DNA of 64,000 nucleotides from Spirochaetia bacterium (GTDB taxonomy: Bacteria; Spirochaetota; Spirochaetia; SZUA-6; Bin103): NCBI GenBank assembly GCA_965203055.1, contig OZ241863.1, positions 1,120,001 through 1,184,000 of the forward strand, read 5' to 3'. Both the position numbers and the translations under genes were made by a program. Each line of letters opens with the position of its first letter. Positions within the stretch are counted from its first letter, which is position 1. The notes beneath the pieces are model-generated. The model was not told where the DNA came from. It did no database searches and saw nothing but the letters and a program-made list of their open reading frames with translations. Below are positions 21,727 to 31,199 of the stretch, piece after piece.

Positions 21727-22443
21727 TTAGTCGGCGTCGTCTACGGCGACGATGCAGGGGAGATGGCGCAGCGCGCCGGCGGCGTCGAGGCCGTAGCCCG
21801 CTACCCACACGTCGGGGATGCGGAACCCGACCAGATCGGGGGCCGCCTTGGCGCGCTGGGCAAGGGTGCGGGCCGGGGGATCGGTGAGCTGCTTGTCCAG
21901 CAACACACACACCTGCACGCTGCGCACCCCCCAGCGGGCCATGCGGTCGCGCAGCGCGGCGAGCGTGAAGCCGTGATCGAGGATGTCGTCCACCAGCAGC
22001 ATGGCGCGGCCGACCACGTCGGCCGGCTGCAGGTCGATCTGCACCCGCCGCTGCGCGCCGCCGGCGCCGAGCGCCGCGCCGTAGGTGCTGGTCTTGGCGA
22101 ACTCGTAGCGCACGTCGATGGTGCTGGCCGCGGCGAGCGCGCGGCCCAGGTCGGCCGCGAACATGAACGCGCCGGTGAGCACCGGGGTGATGACCAGCTC
22201 GCTGCCGCGCGGGTGATGATCGGCCAGCTCCGCGGCCAACTCGGTGACCCGCCGCTGCAGCACCTGCTCGGGGATCAGCACCCGCGGCGGCCGCGCCTGC
22301 AGCGCCGGCGGCAGGGCGATGCCATGTTGCCGCGGACTGGCGGCCGCGGGGTCGATTCCCGCCGCCGGGACCACGACCGGAGCGGCCGCGGGGACGGTGG
22401 GGGCCGCCGGGGCAGCGGGATGAACGTGCTGGTTCACCTTCAT
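21727..22443 (-). CDS. hpt: Hypoxanthine phosphoribosyltransferase
   Basis: VLTGAFMFAADL, LLVDDILDHGFTL, VCVLLDK, WVAGYGLD. ATGA overlap with leuB. Confidence 0.85.
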   Translation of the reverse strand: MKVNQHVHPAAPAAPTVPAAAPVVVPAAGIDPAAASPRQHGIALPPALQARPPRVLIPEQVLQRRVTELAAELADHHPRGSELVITPVLTGAFMFAADLGRALAAASTIDVRYEFAKTSTYGAALGAGGAQRRVQIDLQPADVVGRAMLLVDDILDHGFTLAALRDRMARWGVRSVQVCVLLDKQLTDPPARTLAQRAKAAPDLVGFRIPDVWVAGYGLDAAGALRHLPCIVAVDDAD

Positions 22444-23531
22444 CCCTCCTGCCGCACGCGGGCGGCTACTTCGTCGCCGAAGGCGGCGGTGGACAGCGCC
22501 GCGGCGCCGTTCGCCGGCGCCAGGTCCGCGGTCCGCCGGCCGGCTTCCAGCGCTCCCCACAGCGCGCGCCACACCGCGTCCGCCTCGGCGCGCAGGCCGA
22601 AGCTCTTCTCCAGCAGCAGGGCGGCGCTGCCGATCAGGGAGAACGGATTCGCCACGCCGCGCCCGGCGATGTCCGGCGCCGAACCGTGCACCGCCTCGTA
22701 GTAGCTCTGCTCCGGTCCAACGCTGGCGCTGCACATCAGGCCGAGGGAACCGACGATGCCGCCGGCCTGGTCGCTCAGAATGTCGCCCTGCATGTTGTCG
22801 AGCAGCATCACGCCGTTGAACTGCGCCGGGTCCACCGCCAACTGGAAGGCGGCGTTGTCCACCAGGATGAACGACTGCTCGACGTCGGGGTAGCGCGCCG
22901 CTACCTGCTCCACCACCTGCTCCCACAGCCGCGAGGTGGCGAGGATGTTGGCCTTGTGCACTACCGTGAGGTGACAGGAGCGGGTCCGCGCCTCGCCGAA
23001 CGCCACATCGGCGACCTGTTCGATCTGCTCCCGGGAGTAGCGGCAGTCGTCGCTGGCGTAGCGCCCCCGGGTGTGCTCGCCCTCCACCTTCTCGCCGAAG
23101 TAGATGCCGCCCACCAGCTCCCGTATCATCAGGATGTCGATCCCCTGGCCGATTATCTCCGGGCGCAGCGGCGACAGCTCGGCCAGCCGCGGCGGCAGCG
23201 CCACCGGCCGGTAGTTGGCGAAGGTGTTGTAACGCTGCCGCAGCTCCAGGACGGCCAGTTCGGGGCGCTGGTCCACCGGGATCGCCGCCATCTCCTCCAG
23301 CGCCACGCCGGCGGGGCCTTTCAGGATGGCGTCCGCGGCGTCGCACGTCTCCTTGGATTGCTGGGGAAACGCGGCGCCGCAGGAGAAGTAGGCGCCGGCG
23401 CCAAACGGCGCGCGCCGATAGGCAAAGCGATGGCCGTAGCGCTCGGCCACGGCGTCCAACACCTTGATCGCTTCGGTGACGATCTCTGGCCCGATGCCGT
23501 CGCCTTCGAGGACGGCGATTGAAGCGTTCAT
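22440..23531 (-). CDS. leuB: 3-isopropylmalate dehydrogenase
   Basis: GDGIGPE, RELVGGIYFG, HKANIL, NMQGDILSD, HGSAPDIAG. Confidence 0.9.
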   Translation of the reverse strand: MNASIAVLEGDGIGPEIVTEAIKVLDAVAERYGHRFAYRRAPFGAGAYFSCGAAFPQQSKETCDAADAILKGPAGVALEEMAAIPVDQRPELAVLELRQRYNTFANYRPVALPPRLAELSPLRPEIIGQGIDILMIRELVGGIYFGEKVEGEHTRGRYASDDCRYSREQIEQVADVAFGEARTRSCHLTVVHKANILATSRLWEQVVEQVAARYPDVEQSFILVDNAAFQLAVDPAQFNGVMLLDNMQGDILSDQAGGIVGSLGLMCSASVGPEQSYYEAVHGSAPDIAGRGVANPFSLIGSAALLLEKSFGLRAEADAVWRALWGALEAGRRTADLAPANGAAALSTAAFGDEVAARVRQEG

Positions 23532-23581
23532 CTGCCGCGCACCCTACCATCAACGCCTAACGTCGTGTACCGTCTCCGCCG

Positions 23582-24370
23582 ATGGCGGCAGCGGAGCGCG
23601 CCGGGGCTGCCGGCGGCCAGCATTGGAGCCCTGAGTACTACCGCCGGTGGGCCTCCTACGTGCCGGAGCTGGGCCGCGGGGTGGTGGACCTGCTCGATCC
23701 GCGCCCGCAGGAACGGGTGCTCGACCTGGGCTGCGGCGACGGCGCCTTGACCGAGCGCCTCGCCGCGCGCGGCTGCGCGGTGGTCGGGCTGGAGCGCAGC
23801 GCCGCGTTCGCGGCCGCGGCGCGGCGGCGCGGGCTGGAGGTGGTCGAAGGGGACGCGCGACGCCTGCGCGACGCCGGGCTGCCGGCGGGCGGGTTCGACG
23901 CCGTGTTCTCCAACGCCGTGCTGCACTGGATCCGGCAGCCGGAGGCGGTGATCGCGGGAGTGCGCCGCCTGCTGCGGCGCGGGGGCCGCTTCGTGGCCGA
24001 GTTCGGGGGCGCCGGCAACGTCGCCGCGGTACGCGCCGCCCTGCACGGCGCGTTGCGCCGGCGGGGGATCGATCCGGCGGCGCGCGATCCGTGGTACTTT
24101 CCCACCGCCGCGGCGTACCGCGCGCTGCTGGAGGCCGGCGGCTTCGCCGTCCCCGAAATCAGGCTGTTTCCGCGCCCCACCGCGGTACCGGGCAGCATCA
24201 CCGAATGGTTGCGCACGTTCGCCCCCGCGTTTCTCGACGGTCTCGAACCGGACGCCAAGCGGCAGGTCGAAGCGGAAGTGAAGGCCGCCACGGCGCCGCG
24301 CCTGCGGGCTGCCGACGGCTCCTGGACGGTGGACTACGTGCGCTTGCGGTTCCGCGCGGTCCGGCAGTAG
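23582..24370 (+). CDS. Class I SAM-dependent methyltransferase
   Basis: VLDLGCGDG, FDAVFSNAVLHW, AEFGGAGN, DYVRLRF. Confidence 0.9.
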   Translation: MAAAERAGAAGGQHWSPEYYRRWASYVPELGRGVVDLLDPRPQERVLDLGCGDGALTERLAARGCAVVGLERSAAFAAAARRRGLEVVEGDARRLRDAGLPAGGFDAVFSNAVLHWIRQPEAVIAGVRRLLRRGGRFVAEFGGAGNVAAVRAALHGALRRRGIDPAARDPWYFPTAAAYRALLEAGGFAVPEIRLFPRPTAVPGSITEWLRTFAPAFLDGLEPDAKRQVEAEVKAATAPRLRAADGSWTVDYVRLRFRAVRQ

Positions 24371-24417
24371 CCGCGGAGCGTTGCCGGCGGCCGCCGCCGG
24401 CGGCGGGCTGCCCCGCG

Positions 24418-24930
24418 TTACGGCGGCGTGGTGCGGGGCCGGCTCAGCGTGGTCCAGACGGGCGCGCGCCGGCGCGCCAGGTCCACGATCTGGCCGCTGT
24501 GGTAGGAGGCGTGGTTGACGGCCCGCAGCAGCGCCTGCAGGACGGTATGCGGCTCGCCGCGGATGGTGACCACGCGGTTCAGGTCGGCCGGCGTGAGGCT
24601 GGCGAGGCTCGCTTCGAGGCGCTCCCAGCCGGCGCGCCACTTGGCCATCACCGCCTCCTTTTCCACCACGTCGTTGCGGAACTCCGAGTCACGGTCGCGG
24701 TCCGGCTTCTCGCCGTCGCTGGTGAGGAAGTCGGTGAACCGGGAGTGGAGGTTGCCGCCGACGTGCTTCATCAGCATGGCCACGCTGTTGCCGCGTTCGT
24801 CCGGCAGCCAGGCCAGGTCGGCGGCGGGCATCTGCGCGACGGCGCCTTCGGCGAGCCGGCGCGCCAGGGCGAATTCGTCGCCGAGGAAGCGCAGCAGGTC
24901 GGCGGCGGTGCGGGTGGCGTCATCATTCAT
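24418..24930 (-). CDS. DUF1572/DinB-family protein
   Basis: NSVAMLMKHVGGNLHSRFTDFLTSDGEKPDRDRDSEF, HASYHSGQI. Confidence 0.88.
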   Translation of the reverse strand: MNDDATRTAADLLRFLGDEFALARRLAEGAVAQMPAADLAWLPDERGNSVAMLMKHVGGNLHSRFTDFLTSDGEKPDRDRDSEFRNDVVEKEAVMAKWRAGWERLEASLASLTPADLNRVVTIRGEPHTVLQALLRAVNHASYHSGQIVDLARRRAPVWTTLSRPRTTPP

Positions 24931-24954
24931 GGGGACGATGCTAAACCGGCCCGC

Positions 24955-25198
24955 CGGCAATCGCCAAGCGCCAACCGCAACCGGCAACTGCCAAGCGCCA
25001 ACCGGCAACATCCAGCCGCCGGCCACCGCCGGCCACCGCCGGCCAACCGCCAGCCGCCAACCGCAAGCGCCAGCCGCCAACCGCAAGCGCCAACCGCAAG
25101 CGCCAACCGCAAGCGCCAACCGCCAACCGCCAACCGCCAACCGCCAACCGCCAACCGTCAATCCCGGCCAACCCCGGCCAGCCGCAACCGCCAATCGC
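24955..25198. repeat. Intergenic low-complexity tandem repeat (CCGCCAA and CCGCAAGCGCCAA units)
   Basis: Directly visible 7- and 13-bp units, most regular at about 25050-25155. Confidence 0.9.
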
Positions 25199-25237
25199 CG
25201 GGTGACGAACGGCGCGGGCGGCGGTATCAATGAGTAC

Positions 25238-26536
25238 ATGCACCTTGAACCAAAGCAGTCTTCCGCCGGACCGTCCCGCCGCAGCGCGGGGAATGATCTT
25301 CCGTACCGCGCCGACCCTGCGCGCCGGCCGAAGCGGCCGCTGCGGCCGGGACACGGCGGCGGAGGTGGTTCTCCGCGTCGCGCTGCGCCCGTACCCCGTA
25401 CGGCCGCATCGTTCCTGCGGCCGGGCATCCGGGTTGCCATCTCGTTCCTGTTGTTGCTCGCCGGCCTGGGCGCGGCCGCGCAGACGCAGCAGCACTCTTC
25501 GCAGGAACACCGGTTCCAACTGGTCACGGTGGCCGCCGGCCTGCACCATCCCTGGGCGCTGGCGTTCCTGCCCGGCGGCGACCTGCTGGTCACCGAACGC
25601 CGCGGGCGCCTGCTGCGCATCACGGCGGACGGCGGCACGCGCGAGATCGGCGGGCTGCCGGAGGTCACCGCGACAGGTCAGGGCGGGCTGCTGGACCTGG
25701 TGCTGGATCCGGACTTCGCCGACAACCGTCTGCTCTACTTCTCCTATTCGGAGCAGGTCGGAGGCCGCCTGCGCACCGCGGTCGCGCGCGCCGAGCTGGC
25801 CGGCGACCGCCTGGCCGGGCTGGAACGCATCTTCGCCATGAACCGGGCGTCGAGCGCCGGGCGCCACTTCGGGTCACGCCTGGCGTTCCTGCCCGACGGC
25901 GACCTGCTGGTGACCATAGGCGACCGCGGGCAGCGCGACCGCGCCCAGGACCCGTCCGATCACGCCGGCTCGGTGCTGCGCATCCGCCCGGACGGCAGTC
26001 CGTCGCCGCGTACCACCGCACTCGCGATTCCCGGCGCGGCCCCCGAGGTGTTCACCTTCGGCCACCGCAACGCCCAGGGCCTGGCCATCCATCCCGCGAC
26101 CGGCGCCATCTGGGTTCACGAGCACGGCCCGCGCGGCGGCGACGAGATCAACGTACTGCGCGGCGGCGCCAACTACGGTTGGCCGCTGGCGACCCACGGG
26201 CGCGAGTACTGGGGCGGCCGCATCGCGAGCAGCGAAGCGCCGGGCACGGAGCAGCCGCTGCTGCACTGGACCCCTTCCATTGCGCCCTCCGGGATGGCGT
26301 TCTACACCGGTACCGAGTTTCCGCGCTGGAACGGCGACCTGTTCGTGGGCGCGCTGGCCGGACGCCATCTGCGCCGCGTGGTGCTGCGCGGCGGGGCGGT
26401 AGTCGACCAGGAGGTGCTGCTGGAGGGGCGCCCGGGGCGCATCCGCGACGTGCGCCAGGGGCCGAACGGGCGCCTGTGGCTGCTCACCGACGAGCGCCGC
26501 GGGGGGCTCTACCGCCTCGACCCGGTGGCGCCGTAG
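25238..26536 (+). CDS. PQQ-dependent sugar dehydrogenase (YliI/Asd-like), exported; start uncertain
   Basis: LHHPWALAFLP, GQGGLLD, HFGSRL, GHRNAQG, EHGPRGGDEIN, NYGWP, GRIRDVRQGP, with a signal-like hydrophobic stretch. Confidence 0.88.
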   Translation: MHLEPKQSSAGPSRRSAGNDLPYRADPARRPKRPLRPGHGGGGGSPRRAAPVPRTAASFLRPGIRVAISFLLLLAGLGAAAQTQQHSSQEHRFQLVTVAAGLHHPWALAFLPGGDLLVTERRGRLLRITADGGTREIGGLPEVTATGQGGLLDLVLDPDFADNRLLYFSYSEQVGGRLRTAVARAELAGDRLAGLERIFAMNRASSAGRHFGSRLAFLPDGDLLVTIGDRGQRDRAQDPSDHAGSVLRIRPDGSPSPRTTALAIPGAAPEVFTFGHRNAQGLAIHPATGAIWVHEHGPRGGDEINVLRGGANYGWPLATHGREYWGGRIASSEAPGTEQPLLHWTPSIAPSGMAFYTGTEFPRWNGDLFVGALAGRHLRRVVLRGGAVVDQEVLLEGRPGRIRDVRQGPNGRLWLLTDERRGGLYRLDPVAP

Positions 26537-26554
26537 GAGCGCGCGCTCAGAGGC

Positions 26555-26770
26555 TCAGAGGCGCGAGACGACCACCACCAACCAGATCACGATGGCCAAC
26601 TCCGCCAGCAGCACGACGGCGAGCAGCAGCCCCTGGCTGACGCGCACCCCCTGACCGGAGCGCACCATCTTGAGCATCGGCGTACCCAGGGCGCCGGTCA
26701 TGACGCCGAGCAGCACGCCCGCAGCTACGACCATGACGATGACGAACAGGTTGAGCAGGTTGACGGGCAC
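26555..26770 (-). CDS. Small two-TM membrane protein
   Basis: Two hydrophobic helices. GTG start lies 6 nt after TATGCT. Confidence 0.6.
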   Translation of the reverse strand: MPVNLLNLFVIVMVVAAGVLLGVMTGALGTPMLKMVRSGQGVRVSQGLLLAVVLLAELAIVIWLVVVVSRL

Positions 26771-26894
26771 GGCAACAGCATACCGCCAAGCCGCCCCGGG
26801 CTCAACCGCGCGTGCCGGTCGGTCCGTCCGCCGGTTGTCCAGGCCTGCCTGCCTGCCTGCCTGCCGGCCGGGCCGCTTGACGTCGTGCCTCCTG

Positions 26895-27150
26895 GGGTAC
26901 ATGATCATGCTCGGTTTCGCGTGGACTCCGAAGCTCCGTGTAGCGGAGGATCCCCTTAGGCGGAGTTTCTCGACCTCCGGGACGTTGCCGGGATCGGGAA
27001 GCGCGGGCAAGCGGCCAGGCCGTCTCAGCGGTAACCCGCTTGCCTTAAAGGCGTGTAGACGAAGTATCTCATGCAACGTAGTTGCATTCGTCGCTAACCA
27101 TCCAACTCTGTCTAACTATAGCCGCGCCAAAACGGCGCGGCTATAGTTTC
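26895..27150 (-). ncRNA. Candidate structured RNA, HEARO/omega-RNA-like
   Basis: 15-bp perfect hairpin at 27114-27148, then on the minus strand GTTAGACAGAGTTG...CAACTACGTT, the stem GGCAAGCGG/CCGCTTGCC and CAACGTCCCGGAGG. Resemblance judged by eye. Confidence 0.4.
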
Positions 27151-27206
27151 TACCGACTTGGCGACACTGGTTGGCCGGTCTGCCGGAATGCTGCTACGGT
27201 GCTCTC

Positions 27207-28490
27207 GTGGAACTGAGGAGACTCTCTCTTGAGCACTACAAGGGTTACGCGCAGCGGGCCGAGTTGGAGCTCGCGCCGCTCACCATCCTCGTAGGCGCTA
27301 ACAACTCCGGCAAGACGGCGCTTGGGCAGGCCATCCAGTTGCTGGCGGGCGGGCTGGCTCCCGAATGGTGGGCCACGTCGGAGCCGCTACCGCTCGAGTC
27401 CGGCGGAATCCGGCACGGCGAGACATTCGCGGACTTGGTGACCGGACGCAGCGTGCATGGCTGGTTGCACCTGTCGGCCAGCATGGCTGACGCCAACCGT
27501 GAGCTATCCCTGTCTGCTACCGTACGCCACGTGGAGATTCCGCCCCGGCCTCCTGCGCGCCAGGTTGCCGACTGGCGCTTCACGACCCGCGGCGGCGAGA
27601 TCGCGTTGCAGAGATCAGGGTTCGAACACCAATCAGACTATGAAATCACTGCTTCCGGGTCGGCCCCATTGCGCCGGCCGGTCCCTTGGCAAGGGCTCCT
27701 ACCGGATCTGCTCACGCAAGAGGCGCTGCAGTCGCGGGAGTTCGCGAAGATCATGGCGGGCTTGAATATCATGAACACCTTGGCGGACTTCGAGAGACTG
27801 CGGAGGTGGGCGCGCGGCGTTCGCCATCTGCAGTGCCAGCGCAGTCTTCCGGCAGCGCCGTTCATCACGCCGGAGAGCGCGCCGGCGGTCTTTGCGCCGG
27901 ACGGCAGGAACACTCAGTTCGTCGTGGCGGCGAACGACGAGTTGTGCGAATCGGTGCGGAGCTGGTACCGCGGCGCGTTTGGGGTGACCATCGACGTGGC
28001 ATCTCAGGGGGCCTACTCTGAACTGATGGTCGGCTCCCCGGCCCGTGACGCCAACGTACGACTCACGCAATCGGGGCGCGGGCTGCTACAGGTTTTGCCG
28101 GTCGTGGTCATGGCGCTGACGGCCAAGGCGGCGGGACCGGGCGTCGATGTCATCGAGCACCCGGAGGCCGAGCTGCATCCGGAGGCTCACGCCCACGTTG
28201 CGGAACTGCTGCTTGCCAACCTCGCAGGTCGGGGTCGGCCTCTTGTCGTGGAAACGCACTCCGAGATGGTGCTGCTACGCGCCCGGCGTTGGATCGCGGA
28301 GGGGCGGTTGCCGGCCGATGACGTCGTCATCTATTGGGTGCACGTGGAGCCGGGGATCGGCTCCGTCCTGCGCAAGATCAGAATCGACGAAGAGGGTCAG
28401 TTGGACCGTTGGCCGGACGGCGTGTTCATCGAAGATTATGAGGAAATCATGGCCATCAGACGCGCGGCTAGGCCGCGGGAACAGAGCTGA
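27207..28490 (+). CDS. ABC/AAA ATPase (DUF3696-like C-terminus)
   Basis: LVGANNSGKT, SGRGLLQVLP, IEHPEAELHP, VETHSE, WPDGVF. Confidence 0.9.
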   Translation: MELRRLSLEHYKGYAQRAELELAPLTILVGANNSGKTALGQAIQLLAGGLAPEWWATSEPLPLESGGIRHGETFADLVTGRSVHGWLHLSASMADANRELSLSATVRHVEIPPRPPARQVADWRFTTRGGEIALQRSGFEHQSDYEITASGSAPLRRPVPWQGLLPDLLTQEALQSREFAKIMAGLNIMNTLADFERLRRWARGVRHLQCQRSLPAAPFITPESAPAVFAPDGRNTQFVVAANDELCESVRSWYRGAFGVTIDVASQGAYSELMVGSPARDANVRLTQSGRGLLQVLPVVVMALTAKAAGPGVDVIEHPEAELHPEAHAHVAELLLANLAGRGRPLVVETHSEMVLLRARRWIAEGRLPADDVVIYWVHVEPGIGSVLRKIRIDEEGQLDRWPDGVFIEDYEEIMAIRRAARPREQS

Positions 28491-29438
28491 ATGCGCATCG
28501 AAATAGACCCGAAAGCAGCCGACGATCCGGAATCTCACCAGTGGCTGGACCGCATTCTGCCCCGGATATACGAAGGCTGGCACGTGTGGGATACCACCGG
28601 CCAATCGAATCCCGATACGCTGTCGGCCACGACATGGATAAGCACCGGCGGTAAGAGGGTCAAAGAACTGTTCGTCGCGTCGACTAGTCGTAACGCGTGG
28701 AGCACGTACGGACGGTCGGTGCGGGTAACAACAGTCCCCACGGCAGCGGATGAACTCACGCCTCAAGACGCGGTTCGGCTCGCCGAAGAACCGCTCTGGA
28801 TCCTGGTCGAAAATCGGTTCAGCGACGGCGCATTCGTCAAACGCGTCGTGAAGGAACTCGATCAGTCCCTTCACAAGCTGTGGCAACGTTCGACACGGCC
28901 GATCCGAATCGACAGCGTCGGGGGCAAGGGACAGATGGCGCGGGAGGTAACTCGCCGCATGCGGGAAAATCCGTATCGTCCCCGACTCGTCGCGATAATC
29001 GATAGCGATCGGACGGCGCCCGGCGCTGCCCCCAGCGCGGAGGCAAAACGATTGCAAGACACCTGCAACCAGTATAATCTGCCGTGCTGGGTCCTCGCAA
29101 AACGGGAGGCCGAGAATTATCTACCTCGACTCCTCCTCAGTGCTCAACCAAACCCGGGCGCGAACCACCAGCAGCGGATGGACGCATGGGACCGACTCAC
29201 TGATGATCAAAAGAACTTCTTCGACATGAAGAACGGCCTGCCGGCAACCCTGTCCGAGGCCGAGCAGCTGCTGTTCGACGGGCTATCTGCGGACGATCGA
29301 GCGGTTCTCAATAATGGATTCGGTTCGAACCTGGACGAGTGCTGGACGCTCTGTAACGTGCCGGCGAAGTATGAGCTCATCATCCGTGGGCAGGGTGATC
29401 TTGAACATGGCATCTGCCTGATTCGAAGCGAAGTGTAG
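28491..29438 (+). CDS. Hypothetical protein with Toprim-like acidic motifs
   Basis: ILVENRFSDGAF, VGGKG, AIIDSDR, KREAENYLP. Starts immediately after the ATPase stop. Confidence 0.7.
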   Translation: MRIEIDPKAADDPESHQWLDRILPRIYEGWHVWDTTGQSNPDTLSATTWISTGGKRVKELFVASTSRNAWSTYGRSVRVTTVPTAADELTPQDAVRLAEEPLWILVENRFSDGAFVKRVVKELDQSLHKLWQRSTRPIRIDSVGGKGQMAREVTRRMRENPYRPRLVAIIDSDRTAPGAAPSAEAKRLQDTCNQYNLPCWVLAKREAENYLPRLLLSAQPNPGANHQQRMDAWDRLTDDQKNFFDMKNGLPATLSEAEQLLFDGLSADDRAVLNNGFGSNLDECWTLCNVPAKYELIIRGQGDLEHGICLIRSEV

Positions 29439-31133
29439 ATGCTCGATAGCCGGGGCGGTCGTACCGAGGTCGTGTCCGAAGTCGTGTTTCTCGGGAAGCT
29501 CATCGAACGTATCATGGCCGGAAAGATCCGCGTGCCGCGGTTCCAGCGGGCGTTCGTCTGGAAACAGGCGGACCTGCACGCGCTGCTCGAAAGCATCCTG
29601 CGCGGATTTCCGATTGGTTCCATCCTCGTTTGGGATACCGGGGAGAACGTCGCATCGACCGAACGTATCGGGCCGGTCACAATCAATCCCGCGCCGGCCG
29701 CGTCGGTCGGCTACCTGCTCGACGGCCAGCAGCGCGTCTCTACGCTGGCCGGTACGCTGCGATTGACCGATGAGATGGAGCATACCATGCACCAGGTAGA
29801 CTGGCGCGTGTACTGCAACCTCGACACCCTGGAGTTTCACCGCGAACCGACGGACGGTCTTAAGGCGCACCATTTTCCGGTTCGGAGCTTGCTCAACACC
29901 GCGGGTTTCTTCGACGCGTGCCGCCGCATCGAATCGGAAGTCGATGATCCTGCTCGGAGCCGGCGCTGGCTGGAAGAGGCGGACCGTCTCGCCGGCGCGT
30001 TTCGGGACTATCAGCTTCCTCTCATCCATATCCGCGAGGCTGACCTGGACACCGCGGTTACCGTGTTTGCCCGGTTGAACCGCACCGGTCGCAAGATGAC
30101 GGCCGACGAAATGGTATCCGCGTTGACCTACGACGCCGATAAATTCCATCTTGCCCAGCAACTGAGCGAATTTCAGGCCGAGCTCGCTCCGCGCGGTTTC
30201 GGAAACATCGACCGCGTCTTCCTGCTGCGATCCGTGTTGGCAGCCCTGGGCCGCGACCTCTATGCGAAGGATTGGGCTGATATCATGGTCAAGGAGGAGG
30301 TTCGCGCACAGCTTCCGAGCGCCTTTGAGCGCGCCGCGGAGGGAATCCGGAGCACGTTGGAGTTCCTCAAGACGCTTGGCGTAACCTCCGATCGGTTGCT
30401 GCCCTATGGGCTTCAGCTCGTTCTGCTCGGGGAATTCTTTCGGCGCTGTCCGGAGCCAACCGAACCGGCTGTCGAGCGGCTGAAACGCTGGTTCTGGGTG
30501 ACTTCATTTACCGGCTGGTTCGGAGGGGTCAACACGGCGCAGGCAAAACGCGCCTTGAGCGAGATCATTCAGCTTTCCGAGGGCACCGGGTCGGGGTTCG
30601 GCGTAATTGATCCGAAAGCTCCGGCGCAACCGTTTCCTGACCGATTCGATGGCCGGAGCGCTCGCGTGCGAGCCTTTCTGCTCTATCTTGCGTCGCTCAG
30701 CCCACTTTCGCTTCGTGATGCGGGAGCACTCGATCCGGGGGAACTGCTCTCCACTGTGGGAACCGGAGCCGTCGGATACGTGTCGACGAATCAGTCGCTC
30801 GCGAACCTGATTGGCAGCCCGGCGAACCGCATGTTCGTGGATCGAAACCACGTCGGTCAGGCGTTCCGCGTGTTGCAGGATATGGGCGACCGGCGGCTAC
30901 GAGAGCTGCTGCCAACCCACGGCTTTCCGGTGGACTCGATCCAGCGGTTGCGAGACGGCGACCGCGCGGGTTTGATCCAGTTGCGGCTGGAGACGCTGAT
31001 CGCCGGCGAGCGGGAGTTCATGACCAAGTTGAACGTAGTACCGCCGGCGGAGCGGACCGCGGCAACGGTTGCGGACAGCGACGTTTCGGATGATCCATAC
31101 TCGGAGATTGAGCTCGATCCCGGGGCGAACTGA
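29439..31133 (+). CDS. DUF262 (ParB-like/GmrS) domain protein
   Basis: VPRFQRAFVW, SILRGFPIGSILVW, LLDGQQR, FARLNRTG. Confidence 0.9.
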   Translation: MLDSRGGRTEVVSEVVFLGKLIERIMAGKIRVPRFQRAFVWKQADLHALLESILRGFPIGSILVWDTGENVASTERIGPVTINPAPAASVGYLLDGQQRVSTLAGTLRLTDEMEHTMHQVDWRVYCNLDTLEFHREPTDGLKAHHFPVRSLLNTAGFFDACRRIESEVDDPARSRRWLEEADRLAGAFRDYQLPLIHIREADLDTAVTVFARLNRTGRKMTADEMVSALTYDADKFHLAQQLSEFQAELAPRGFGNIDRVFLLRSVLAALGRDLYAKDWADIMVKEEVRAQLPSAFERAAEGIRSTLEFLKTLGVTSDRLLPYGLQLVLLGEFFRRCPEPTEPAVERLKRWFWVTSFTGWFGGVNTAQAKRALSEIIQLSEGTGSGFGVIDPKAPAQPFPDRFDGRSARVRAFLLYLASLSPLSLRDAGALDPGELLSTVGTGAVGYVSTNQSLANLIGSPANRMFVDRNHVGQAFRVLQDMGDRRLRELLPTHGFPVDSIQRLRDGDRAGLIQLRLETLIAGEREFMTKLNVVPPAERTAATVADSDVSDDPYSEIELDPGAN

Positions 31134-31199
31134 TTCCGCCGAGTGGGCTCCGGCTCTCGCGCGCGCGGCGCCGGAGGTGGGGGAGGGTGCGCGGGCTCC

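Noticed and set aside
24955..25198. Possible CRISPR array
   Set aside because: Short tandem units with no unique spacers and no cas genes.
26843..26865. (GCCT)n microsatellite
   Set aside because: Short and intergenic, with no evident link to a promoter spacer.
26895..27110. tRNA or tmRNA in the structured intergenic region
   Set aside because: No T-loop GTTCRA, cloverleaf or CCA end found on either strand.
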